Below are positions 51,881-60,692 of a stretch of 64,000 nucleotides of DNA, in pieces. This DNA comes from a candidate division FCPU426 bacterium (GTDB lineage Bacteria; Oederibacteriota; PGYV01; Palsa-1178). A program made the translations under genes and the position numbers. Below the pieces are notes generated by a model, which made no database searches, was not told the origin of the DNA, and worked only from the letters and a program-made list of their open reading frames with translations. The stretch lies in assembly GCA_963840035.1 (NCBI GenBank), contig CAWIXE010000003.1:1-64000 (forward strand), read 5' to 3'. How positions within the stretch are numbered: the stretch's first letter is position 1; the number at the start of each line of letters is the position of its first letter.

Positions 51881-51993
51881 TTGTTTGACCTAATGAAAGC
51901 ATATAAGAGCGGTTGGTAATATTTGACCGCGCGGAAGTAATCTACGTATCGCAACCTGAAGGCTGCGGTTACCAAAACTAAAAAGGACAAAAC

Positions 51994-52725
51994 ATGAAAA
52001 AAACTATAAAATACTTCAAGAACCTCGACCTTCTCAGCCACGCCGCCGCCGCCTTCATCGTTAAAAACGCCAAAACCGAAGTAAAGCGCAAAGGCTACTT
52101 CACCATTGCTGTCTCAGGTGGAGACGCGCCGGTAAAGACATACAGGCTGCTGGCAAAGAGCGATTTGCCATGGAAAAAGACTTACATGTTCTGGGAGGAT
52201 GACAGGTTTGTTCCTTTTGATAATAAGGACTCCAATGTAAAGCTTGTATTTGACAACCTCATATCAAAGGCAAAGATTGAGTATGAGAAAGTTTTTCCCG
52301 TGCCCGCGCCGGAGAATATAAAGCCTGTTTATAAGGCAGCGCTGGCTTATGAGCTTATTATTAAAAAGATGTTCAGGCTCTTTACCCCTTCGGTCAAGGT
52401 GCCGTCAATTGACCTTATCATCGCGGGGGTTGGGCCGGACGGGCACACTGCTTCGCTTTTTCCCGGGGATAAGAAGGCATTAAGCGAAAAAAAGGCGCTG
52501 GCAATCGCTGTGAAGGCGCCTAAAGGCATGGCTGTGAAGGACAGGGTAACAATGACGCTGCCGTTTATAAACAACTGCAAAAACCTTTTATACATAGTTT
52601 CAGGCAAAGGCAAGGCAGGGGTGATGAAGGAGATTCTGAAAGGCAACAGGAAATACCCGGCGGCATTAACAAAGGCAAAACAAAATCTGGTTTGGTTTAT
52701 AGATAAAAACATTTATTTGCTTTGA
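51994..52725 (+). CDS. pgl: 6-phosphogluconolactonase
   Basis: IAVSGGDAP, DDRFVP..DSN, GVGPDGHTASLFP, RVTMTLP. Confidence 0.92.
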   Translation: MKKTIKYFKNLDLLSHAAAAFIVKNAKTEVKRKGYFTIAVSGGDAPVKTYRLLAKSDLPWKKTYMFWEDDRFVPFDNKDSNVKLVFDNLISKAKIEYEKVFPVPAPENIKPVYKAALAYELIIKKMFRLFTPSVKVPSIDLIIAGVGPDGHTASLFPGDKKALSEKKALAIAVKAPKGMAVKDRVTMTLPFINNCKNLLYIVSGKGKAGVMKEILKGNRKYPAALTKAKQNLVWFIDKNIYLL

Positions 52726-52732
52726 AGCATCC

Positions 52733-52821
52733 TCCCCCTCTCCTTATTAGGAGAGGGGCTGGGGTGAGGTGAACCAATGCTTTTATTTCCCCTCACCCTA
52801 CCCTCTCCCAAGGGGAGAGGG
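52733..52821. repeat. CCCTCACCC/CCCTCTCC-type palindromic pair
   Basis: CCCCTCTCC..GGAGAGGGGCTGGGGTGAGG .. CCCTCACCCTACCCTCTCCCAAGGGGAGAGGG; related half at 57329-57363. Confidence 0.75.
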
Positions 52822-52927
52822 ATAAAAATACGATAATATACAACGCTTTTAACGTAAAAAGTATAAATATAATACCTACCGTCTATCCTGTTAAAACCAA
52901 AGGTGTTATGCTATATTTTACATTACT

Positions 52928-52996
52928 GTAGAGAGGCGGCTTGCTGCCTCTCAAAAGCAGGACCTGCGTTTTAGAGGGGGCAAGCCCCCTCTCTAC
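52928..52996. repeat. Inverted GTAG-type REP pair
   Basis: GTAGAGAGGCGGCTTGCTGCCTCTC .. AGAGGGGGCAAGCCCCCTCTCTAC. Confidence 0.75.
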
Positions 52997-53030
52997 GAAA
53001 AACAATTTTGAAACACAAAGGAGAAACAAC

Positions 53031-54200
53031 ATGAAAAATTTTGCAATCAACAACCCTGTAAAAATTCTTTTCGGCGCGGGGGAAGTAAACAGCACCGGCA
53101 AAGAGGCAAAGTTGCTTGGCAAAAAAGCCATTATCGTTACCGGCAAAGGTTCCACAAAAAAGTCAGGACTTCTTGACAAAGTCGTAAAACTGCTTGAAGC
53201 CGAAGGCGTCAAGTCGGCGGTTTACGCGGGCATCACCCCAAACCCTAAAAACACCGAAGTTGACGAGGCCGCGGGGCTGGCTCTAAAAGAAGGTTGTGAT
53301 TTGGTTATTGGCCTTGGCGGCGGGTCTGCCATGGACGCGGCAAAGGGAGTATCTGTTGTGGCGGCCAGCGGCGGAAAGCTCTGGGATTACATCGGTTCGC
53401 CGACAAAAAAAGCTGGAACCATAACCTGCGCGCTTCCTATAATGCTCATACCCACACTTGCGGCAACCGGCTCTGAGGGCAATCCCGCATCTGTTTTTAC
53501 AAACCCGTCCTTAAACCAGAAATCAGCCATTTGGAACCCGATATGCTACCCGAAAGTTTCCATCGTTGACCCTGAGCTCACGTTATCTGTGCCCGCAAAG
53601 CCGACAGCCGAAGGCATCATAGACGTTGTCATGCATGTGCTGGAGGAATATTTTACCGGCGAGCCGGACTGCGATGTGCAGGATAGGTTTACGGAAGGCA
53701 TTATCCTTACATGTATTGAACACGGAAAAAAAGTAATGAAGAACTTAGGCGACGCGCAGGCGCGCGCGCAGATATCGCTGGCTTCAACGGTCGCGCTTCA
53801 AGGCATGCCGAACTCAGGCCGCGCAGGCGCGTGGGTTGTCCATCCGCTCGAACACGCGGTCACCGCGTATTACGACAGGATAGCTCACGGAGCCGGCATA
53901 GCTGCCATACTGCCATCCTACATGAAATTCTTAGGCGAGGTTAAAAAGGACAAAGTGCTTCAGCTGGCTGACAGGGTGTTTAACGCGCCTAATGACATAA
54001 GCGACGAATTAAAAGTGGCTTTCTGCATAGAAAATATGAGGAAGTTTATCACTGACATAGGCCTGGCTGATAATTTCAAGGACCTGGAAATTGGCATGGA
54101 AAATATGGAAAAATTCGCGGATAAGGTCATAGAACAGGGCGGATTGCCGTGGAAGCTGGATAAAGCCAGGCTGGTGCAGGTGTTTAAAGACGCTTTTTAA
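53031..54200 (+). CDS. Iron-containing alcohol dehydrogenase (butanol DH/YqhD-like)
   Basis: NPVKILFG, GITPNP, GLGGGSAMDAAK, PTLAATGSE, DVVMHVLEEY, HPLEH, HGAG. Confidence 0.92.
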   Translation: MKNFAINNPVKILFGAGEVNSTGKEAKLLGKKAIIVTGKGSTKKSGLLDKVVKLLEAEGVKSAVYAGITPNPKNTEVDEAAGLALKEGCDLVIGLGGGSAMDAAKGVSVVAASGGKLWDYIGSPTKKAGTITCALPIMLIPTLAATGSEGNPASVFTNPSLNQKSAIWNPICYPKVSIVDPELTLSVPAKPTAEGIIDVVMHVLEEYFTGEPDCDVQDRFTEGIILTCIEHGKKVMKNLGDAQARAQISLASTVALQGMPNSGRAGAWVVHPLEHAVTAYYDRIAHGAGIAAILPSYMKFLGEVKKDKVLQLADRVFNAPNDISDELKVAFCIENMRKFITDIGLADNFKDLEIGMENMEKFADKVIEQGGLPWKLDKARLVQVFKDAF

Positions 54201-54465
54201 GTAATAAGTTAGAAGGAATAGGTAATAAGTGAGACAAAACATATAAAAGCGATAGTTATGATTAGTGTTTACAGTTTTAGTCCGTCATTGCGAGGAGGCG
54301 TTTTAATAACTTTGCCGACGAAGCAATCTCGCAGCCTTTAAAGGCTGAAACGAGATTGCTTCGTCGCCATACACATGATGCGGCTCCTCGCAATGACAAA
54401 CTGCATACTTAAAAACTGTCTTCCTTAGCCCCACTTCTGACTTATTACCTCTTACTTATTACTTT
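54198..54465. repeat. Heptamer arms (TAAGTAA/TTACTTA type) enclosing GTCATTGCGAG element copy 2 (54284-54397)
   Basis: TAAGTAA TAAGTTA GAAGGAA TAGGTAA TAAGTGA .. TGACTTA TTACCTC TTACTTA TTACTT; the inner element matches 46486-46598. Confidence 0.8.
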
Positions 54466-54472
54466 ACCGGGT

Positions 54473-54500
54473 TTGACTTGGGTAATTCATGTGGTATACT
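54473..54500 (+). promoter_or_regulatory. Sigma70 promoter with extended -10
   Basis: TTGACT-N16-TATACT, with TGn before the -10. Confidence 0.6.
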
Positions 54501-54541
54501 TTGAATAGCAGGTTAATCGACTAAAACATACGGAGCTGCCC

Positions 54542-54904
54542 ATGAAATACTGCGAATTCATTAATTATAAGGGAAAGAGAATACTGAGGCTCAATATCAA
54601 CACTAAAACAATCGACCAATTCGAAGAAATGCTTCAGGAATCCTCAAATATAATCAGAAAAGAGCCTCCCGGAACTGTGCTGTCGCTTGCGGCCGGCGGC
54701 GCGGATACGCCTATTTTTACCAACAGGGACCTTTTTATAGATTATCTTAAGGGAAATGAACCATACATGAAAGCCTCTGTGGTATCAGGGCTGGATAAGC
54801 TGAAAGCTTCAATTTTTTTAACCATTGTCACTTCCACGGGCAGGCAGTTGATGCTCACCGCCTCTGAAGACGAGGCGAGGGAATGGCTGGTATCGCAGGT
54901 TTAA
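54542..54904 (+). CDS. Hypothetical protein (STAS/SEC14-like alpha/beta pattern)
   Basis: 120 aa; FINYKGKRIL..KASVVSGL..SEDEAREWLV; has its own promoter and RBS. Confidence 0.6.
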   Translation: MKYCEFINYKGKRILRLNINTKTIDQFEEMLQESSNIIRKEPPGTVLSLAAGGADTPIFTNRDLFIDYLKGNEPYMKASVVSGLDKLKASIFLTIVTSTGRQLMLTASEDEAREWLVSQV

Positions 54905-54937
54905 TTTAAACCCTAAATTACCAATTACTAATTAGTT

Positions 54938-56011
54938 CGGTTCTAACATTTAACGCAACACTTTGATAGGATTATATTATCAAAGGAGGCGTTAATAACC
55001 AATGAACAATCCGAACTACAAAAGGTTAAGTTTCGAAGAACGGGAAGAAATTAGCAGGTATTTAGCAAGTGGTCTAAAAGCTGGCCGAATAGCAATGTTG
55101 ATAGGTAGAAATAGAAGCACCATAACGAGAGAAATAAGAAAGGGTTTTAAAACAAATACATATCGCGCGGTACAGGCGAATAATAGAGCCAAAAGAAACG
55201 CCAAAAGGCGAAGGTTCGGAAAACGTAAGATAGATAAGTGCAAAAGGTTAAAAAGGTTCATTGAAAAGCATCTCTGGTTAAAGTGGTCGCCGGAACAGAT
55301 TGCAGAAAAATTAAAAATAGAGTATCCTACGGACATGGACATGAGAATATCACCCGAGAGTATTTATGCATATTTGTATGTGAAGCCCAAAAGCCACTTG
55401 AAAAGAGAGCTGCTAAAGCAGTTTCGGCAAAAGCATTCCAGGCGGTTTAAAAGGAATGCCAGAATGACCGGAATTGCAAAGGATTTAGAAGATATAACAA
55501 GCATAGATGAACGGCCTGCGGAAGTTGAAACACGAGAGATTCCCGGACACTGGGAAGGCGACTTAATGATTGGCAGACTTCGGCAGTCAGCCATCGGAAC
55601 GCTTGTTGAAAGAAAAACAAGGTATTTACGGATTGTCCGGTTAAAAAACAGGACTGCAAAAGAAGTCAAGAAACAATTTGAAGCTACGTTTAAGAAACAC
55701 CCTAAACAACTTAGATTGAGCATGACATATGACCAAGGCAGAGAAATGGCGGATCATAAGGCGCTAAGTAAGGCGTTAAATATTAAGATATATTTTGCGC
55801 ACAAGAGAAGCCCGTGGGAACGTGGAACAAATGAAAACACAAATGGGTTAATACGGCAGTTTTTCCCTAAAGGCACAGACTTCAATAAGATAAGTTTAAA
55901 AGAACTCAGGTATGCAGAAAGACTGTTAAATCAAAGACCCAGAAAAACTTTGGGCTGGAAAACACCCGAAGAGGCGTTTTATCAAGATGTTGCGTTAAAT
56001 ACTTGAAACCA
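54938..56011 (+). mobile_element. IS30-family insertion sequence
   Basis: Imperfect terminal IRs GGTTCTAACATTTAACGCAACA / TGTTGCGTTAAATACTTGAAACC (13-bp perfect inner core); AGTT on both flanks; exact ends uncertain by a few bp. Confidence 0.9.
55002..56006 (+). CDS. IS30-family transposase
   Basis: YKRLSFEER, GRNRSTITREI, WSPEQI, GHWEGDL, TYDQGREM, SPWERGTNENTNGLIRQFFPKG, RPRKTLGW. Confidence 0.96.
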   Translation: MNNPNYKRLSFEEREEISRYLASGLKAGRIAMLIGRNRSTITREIRKGFKTNTYRAVQANNRAKRNAKRRRFGKRKIDKCKRLKRFIEKHLWLKWSPEQIAEKLKIEYPTDMDMRISPESIYAYLYVKPKSHLKRELLKQFRQKHSRRFKRNARMTGIAKDLEDITSIDERPAEVETREIPGHWEGDLMIGRLRQSAIGTLVERKTRYLRIVRLKNRTAKEVKKQFEATFKKHPKQLRLSMTYDQGREMADHKALSKALNIKIYFAHKRSPWERGTNENTNGLIRQFFPKGTDFNKISLKELRYAERLLNQRPRKTLGWKTPEEAFYQDVALNT

Positions 56012-56078
56012 AGTTACGAATTACTAATATAACCAAAAAAACGTCATTATTAGTCATTAGTGATTGGTAATTTGTATT

Positions 56079-57185
56079 TTAAATGTATTCCTGTTTAAAA
56101 CTCTGTATTGATTTTTCTTTGTTCCACCATATTCTAAAGTTTGTCGTAATCTTTTGTGTTTTACCGGTTTTTGACGACAGGTACGCCTTGTCCATCACTT
56201 CCATTATATGCAGGCTCTGCGCGGCGTCGTAGACCGGGCTGATCCCTGATCTTATATAACCTACAAACTTGCCCATGATGTCGTCCTCAGGGGCGAACTT
56301 CGGGAAGTTATCAGGGACATAACAATTGTCAAAGTTCCTGAACGTTACTTTTTTGCCGCTTATTTTGCTGTCTGTTTTTACAACCAGCTGCTGGTTGTCC
56401 GCGTTTATGTATATGGCGCCTTTTCTTCCGAATATCGCCGTGTAGTTCTCATAATGCGTGTGCGCCCATGAAGCCTTTACAGTGGCAAATATGGAATTGC
56501 CGAAGTCCAGTATCATGATGGCCTGGTCATCGACATCAGGGGTTATTTTATCGCCGTTTGGAAGTTTTCTTTTAGGTATTACCATACCGGCCATTGCAGT
56601 AACCTTTTTAACCGGCCCCATTATGGAGATAAGGCGCGAAAGAGCATAACACCCGACATCCAGCAGAGCGCCGCCTTTCGCGATTTTCTTTACATAATAC
56701 CAGTTGTTCCTCGGCGGGCCCTGTACCGAAAGTTCGGAATGGCCCGAGAGTATTTTGCCTATATATTTTTCCTTCACAAAATCAAGGGCGCGCAGGTAAT
56801 GCGGGTAATGGTCAAAGGGAAGCCCCATCATGATTTTTTTATATTTTTTTGAGGCAAAAGCCATCTTTTTCGCGTCCGCGAATGAGGTGGCGACTGGTTT
56901 TTCCACAAGAACGTGCGCGCCGGCTTTCATACAGGCGATAGCGTGCTCCGCGTGGAGCGAATGAGGGCTGGTGATGACGACACAGTCCGGTTTTTCGGTC
57001 TTTAACATCATCTTATAATCGTCATAGTAGCGCTGTATGCCGAACTTCTCTGCCTTTTCCTCGGCGTTCTTCCTGTGCTTTGAAAATATGGCGCACAGAT
57101 GAAGCCCTTCAAGCTTTTTAGCCATTAAAATAAACCTGTCCGATATCTCGCCGGCGCCAAGAAAAGCTACCTTTAGTTCTTTCAT
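56079..57185 (-). CDS. Gfo/Idh/MocA family oxidoreductase
   Basis: VAFLGAGEI, SPHSLHAEH, HVLVEKP, GGALLDVGCY; GGAGG RBS. Confidence 0.92.
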   Translation of the reverse strand: MKELKVAFLGAGEISDRFILMAKKLEGLHLCAIFSKHRKNAEEKAEKFGIQRYYDDYKMMLKTEKPDCVVITSPHSLHAEHAIACMKAGAHVLVEKPVATSFADAKKMAFASKKYKKIMMGLPFDHYPHYLRALDFVKEKYIGKILSGHSELSVQGPPRNNWYYVKKIAKGGALLDVGCYALSRLISIMGPVKKVTAMAGMVIPKRKLPNGDKITPDVDDQAIMILDFGNSIFATVKASWAHTHYENYTAIFGRKGAIYINADNQQLVVKTDSKISGKKVTFRNFDNCYVPDNFPKFAPEDDIMGKFVGYIRSGISPVYDAAQSLHIMEVMDKAYLSSKTGKTQKITTNFRIWWNKEKSIQSFKQEYI

Positions 57186-57328
57186 ATAATCCCTCCATTT
57201 ATTTGAAATTAGATGCAAAAACATTATAGTACAAGTCCTGGAAAGATAAAAGAACAAATAGGAAAATGAAAGTCCGCAATTTTTACGTAAAATTACAACA
57301 CGGGAACATGAAGTTCCTCGTTCTTTTA

Positions 57329-57363
57329 CCCCTCTCCTCTTTAGGAGAGGGTAGGGTGAGGTG
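57329..57363. repeat. CCCTCTCC-type palindromic element
   Basis: CCCCTCTCCTCTTTAGGAGAGGGTAGGGTGAGG. Confidence 0.65.
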
Positions 57364-57451
57364 AAATTGAAGTGCTTCTCAGGTCGGGCAGGTGTGGTAA
57401 ACTATGCAAGGGGCAGAAACGTCATATATTTATCTGAATTAGGGGAGTATC

Positions 57452-58459
57452 ATGAAAAAACTAAAGTTAATCGCATTAATTTGCGCTGTTGTTTTCTTTA
57501 CCGGTTGTGCCAGCATGAAGATGCCCCACGAGGCATCTTTCCTGAAGGCGCCGGAGCCGGACCTTCTGCCGCAAACCGCGGGAGCTCTGCCAAACACGGT
57601 CATTATCCTGCCTTTTGAGGACCGCAGGGTGGGAGAAAAGATTTCATACTATTACCAAAAACCCTTAAGCCTGCTCATGGCCGAAAGGCTGAGGGTTAAT
57701 CTTATTAAAAAAAGTGTATTTAAAAATGTCGTCTGGATAGACCCGAAGATGCTCTGGGAAAAAAAGTTCAAGGTGGATAAAGCTCTGCTCGAAAGGCTGG
57801 GCGCAAAGACCGGCGCTGACGCCATAATATGGGGGGAGATAAATGAATATGACTTCCATCCTTCCGGGCCGTCAAGCGCTAGGATAAGGATAAAGTATAT
57901 GGATAAAAGCGGGTATATTTATACCATAAATCCGGCAGCGGAAAATCAGGTAAGCTGGGAAATGCTTGCCCTGAAAATACCGGTAGAGAATTTCTTGCCG
58001 CGCCCGCTCGGGCTGATGGTTGAGTTTGGCAAAGATGAACTTGAAAAAGAAGCCATTAAAACAGCGATAGGCGGATTCATGGACTACTGCAGCGTAAAAC
58101 AGACGGAGGCAATCATAGGCCGCTTTAAGGCCGGCAACGCCGGGCAGCCCATAATAGCGGCTACAGAGCTGGAATTTCCAGCCAAAAATGCCAGAGTGTT
58201 GCCAAAATACAGTCAAAGTTTTATTATGACGGCATCACACGTCACAGGTATGTGCGCCGGCCTGGCAGCGACGCTTTTGCTGATAAAAAATTCCGGATAT
58301 TTAACTGAGAAATATGCAGTACAGGACTCACTAATAGCCCTGTTAGGCACGGCCACCGGAGGGGTATTCGGGGCGATGGTGGGGAATTTACTGGACCCAG
58401 ATAACACGGAGAAAATGGAAAAGAAGAAAGTTTACGCGTACGCGAATTTTAGTTATTAA
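57452..58459 (+). CDS. Hypothetical lipoprotein with C-terminal hydrophobic Gly-rich helices
   Basis: Lipobox FTGC; VIILPFEDRR..GADAIIWGEI (CsgG/TolB-N-like pattern). Confidence 0.65.
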   Translation: MKKLKLIALICAVVFFTGCASMKMPHEASFLKAPEPDLLPQTAGALPNTVIILPFEDRRVGEKISYYYQKPLSLLMAERLRVNLIKKSVFKNVVWIDPKMLWEKKFKVDKALLERLGAKTGADAIIWGEINEYDFHPSGPSSARIRIKYMDKSGYIYTINPAAENQVSWEMLALKIPVENFLPRPLGLMVEFGKDELEKEAIKTAIGGFMDYCSVKQTEAIIGRFKAGNAGQPIIAATELEFPAKNARVLPKYSQSFIMTASHVTGMCAGLAATLLLIKNSGYLTEKYAVQDSLIALLGTATGGVFGAMVGNLLDPDNTEKMEKKKVYAYANFSY

Positions 58460-58515
58460 AGTTTGAAAAAGTAAGGTATGACAGGTGTGTTTTAAGACCA
58501 CGCAAAAACATGGAA

Positions 58516-59361
58516 TCAATTGACCAAATCAACTTTTTTTGCGTTCCAACAGCCGTTATATTTCCACCCGTGTTTTGTGTTAATCCACGCCTCATAAAAA
58601 TTTTGAGTATTACCAGCAGAATCTTCAATCATGACTTTTGTCATAGCAATTTTTTTATCAATTTGAATCACTCTAGCATCATAATACATAATAATATTTT
58701 TACTTTTTTTATATGCTTTTTCTAAGTCGCACAAACATTTTGCGTTACATAATTGATTTCCCAATACTTCGGTAAAAAAACTTATCACTTCCGAATGCTT
58801 GCCGGCAGTAAATTTTTCCCACAGCAAAAAGCTGTTTGCTTTAACAATTTCTTCATCACTGAAAGTAATTTCGCCGCTGGCGACTTTTGTGTAGCTGTCT
58901 TTCGCCATTTTTTCGTCAAGCCCGACCCCGGCGACCTTCCATTCATTATTCTCAATTGTCAACACCTCGTACAACTTACTGCCCGTATTGTTATTGTATT
59001 CTTTTTCGACAATTACAATAACCCCGGGTCCAAATTTTTTCATCAAGCGTGCTTTGAATGTTTTTATTCTTTGCAATGCATCCCTATACATAATCTTGTT
59101 CTCCATTACATACTCCGCTTTCCTGTTGTTTTTATTTATGTTTTTGGTAAAACCGTCATATACTTTTTCAAAATCCCCATCTTTTTCAAATTGGCATAAT
59201 TTATTTACGGTATTTATGACTTCCTTATTGGCGTTACTGGTATTTTCATTGCACCCAAATAAAAAAAACCATGCAATAATGGACAGACCAAACGTTGTAA
59301 ATCGTTTTAAAAAAATATTGCTGTTTAAAAATATGGAATTTGCCGTGTTGTTAGAACTCAT
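58516..59361 (-). CDS. AT-rich hypothetical lipoprotein
   Basis: Lipobox LFGC; two segments ending ENNEWKV and TKHGWKY suggest duplicated small domains; start uncertain. Confidence 0.55.
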   Translation of the reverse strand: MSSNNTANSIFLNSNIFLKRFTTFGLSIIAWFFLFGCNENTSNANKEVINTVNKLCQFEKDGDFEKVYDGFTKNINKNNRKAEYVMENKIMYRDALQRIKTFKARLMKKFGPGVIVIVEKEYNNNTGSKLYEVLTIENNEWKVAGVGLDEKMAKDSYTKVASGEITFSDEEIVKANSFLLWEKFTAGKHSEVISFFTEVLGNQLCNAKCLCDLEKAYKKSKNIIMYYDARVIQIDKKIAMTKVMIEDSAGNTQNFYEAWINTKHGWKYNGCWNAKKVDLVN

Positions 59362-59748
59362 AATTTTTAACCGCCTTTTTTCAATTGATTGTTTTACATT
59401 AATCTGAATAAAAGTTTTGTTTCCGTTTCGTTGAATTTTTACCCCCCTGAAAGCCTGTCTTGGGGTAATATAACATGGCTTATCGGGAAAAGCAATGTTA
59501 TCCCTAAGGCCAGCTTCAAGGACTTCAAATAGCCGATATCAAGGCAGAATTGTTTCAATAAAATCGAATTACTCAGTATTATTTCGTGATCCAGCGTAGG
59601 AAAGCGCACAGGCAGGCAGGATATAATCCTGCCGCTACAATTACAAAAACCTTATTTCTTCTTGTTTACCTCAAAAACGTGTGATAAAATTAGTTATCTG
59701 GTAAAAATTGGGGCGCGTTCAGTGCGTCTCTACAAACAGGAGAAAAAC

Positions 59749-59910
59749 ATGAACAAATGGGAATGCACTGTATGCGGATACATTTATGACCCTGCAAAGG
59801 GAGACCCGGACGCAGGTGTTGTGCCGGGGACGCCTTTTGACAAGATTCCTGACACCTGGTCATGCCCTGAGTGCGGCGCTTCAAAGGCCGACTTTAAAGA
59901 ACTGAAATAA
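59749..59910 (+). CDS. rub: Rubredoxin
   Basis: [33 protein letters not shown]. Confidence 0.96.
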   Translation: MNKWECTVCGYIYDPAKGDPDAGVVPGTPFDKIPDTWSCPECGASKADFKELK

Positions 59911-59914
59911 ACTG

Positions 59915-60640
59915 ATGAAAAAAGTACTTAAGCTGATATTGGCCTGCGCTTTTTTCGCGCTGGTAATATACCTGCTTAAATTCTCCCCTTACTCTTATTA
60001 CCTTTTTGACCAGACAGGCCGCTCGGAATTCATCGGCAAATTTGAGTCCTATCTTTCGCGCATGGGCATATGGGCCCCGGTGATATTCTGCGTTTTTTAT
60101 GTGGTCAGCGTCGTGTTTTTTGTGCCGGCAAGCGTGCCGTCTTCCATCGGCGGGCTGATATTCGGGCAGTGGCTGGGGCTTTTGCTGAATTACGTAAGCG
60201 CCCTGATAGGCGCCATGCTTACGCTTATCATTGTCAGGTTCCTTTTGCGCGATTTCGCGGCAAAACTGCTTACCATGGGCCACTTTAAAAAACTCGACGA
60301 CAAGGTCGGGCAAAACGGGTTTTCAGTCATTGTTTACTTAAGGCTCATGTTCGTGCCTTTCGGGTACTTAAACGCGGTATCAGGGCTCTCAAAAATATCG
60401 TTTAAGGATTTCTTCTGGGGTTCTGTCGTGGGGCTCCTGCCCGGGCTTGCGGTCATAACTTTTTTAACAGGAGCTGTAAAATCACTTTTAAAAACTTACA
60501 AGCAGCCGTCGGATTTTCTGCGGGCGGACATAATAATACCCCTTGCACTTTTCATCTTCTCTTTTTTTATACCCGCCATCATAAAGAAATTCAGGGACAG
60601 GTTTGGCGTGACAAATGCGGAAGCGGAGATAGGGGAGTAA
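59915..60640 (+). CDS. TVP38/TMEM64 (VTT/DedA-like) membrane protein
   Basis: GGLIFGQWLG, YLRLMFVPF..LN..GLSKISFKDFFWGS..GLLPG. Confidence 0.88.
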   Translation: MKKVLKLILACAFFALVIYLLKFSPYSYYLFDQTGRSEFIGKFESYLSRMGIWAPVIFCVFYVVSVVFFVPASVPSSIGGLIFGQWLGLLLNYVSALIGAMLTLIIVRFLLRDFAAKLLTMGHFKKLDDKVGQNGFSVIVYLRLMFVPFGYLNAVSGLSKISFKDFFWGSVVGLLPGLAVITFLTGAVKSLLKTYKQPSDFLRADIIIPLALFIFSFFIPAIIKKFRDRFGVTNAEAEIGE

Positions 60641-60692
60641 GTACTAATTCTGAATTCTGGATTCTAAATTCTGGATTAAAAGCAGGGACGCA

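Noticed and set aside
39927..53030. N-terminal extensions of ORFs 39927, 41730, 42683 and 52941 (also 34021 and 59662)
   Set aside because: The extensions are translations of repeat or promoter DNA; downstream ATGs with RBSs match the family N-termini.
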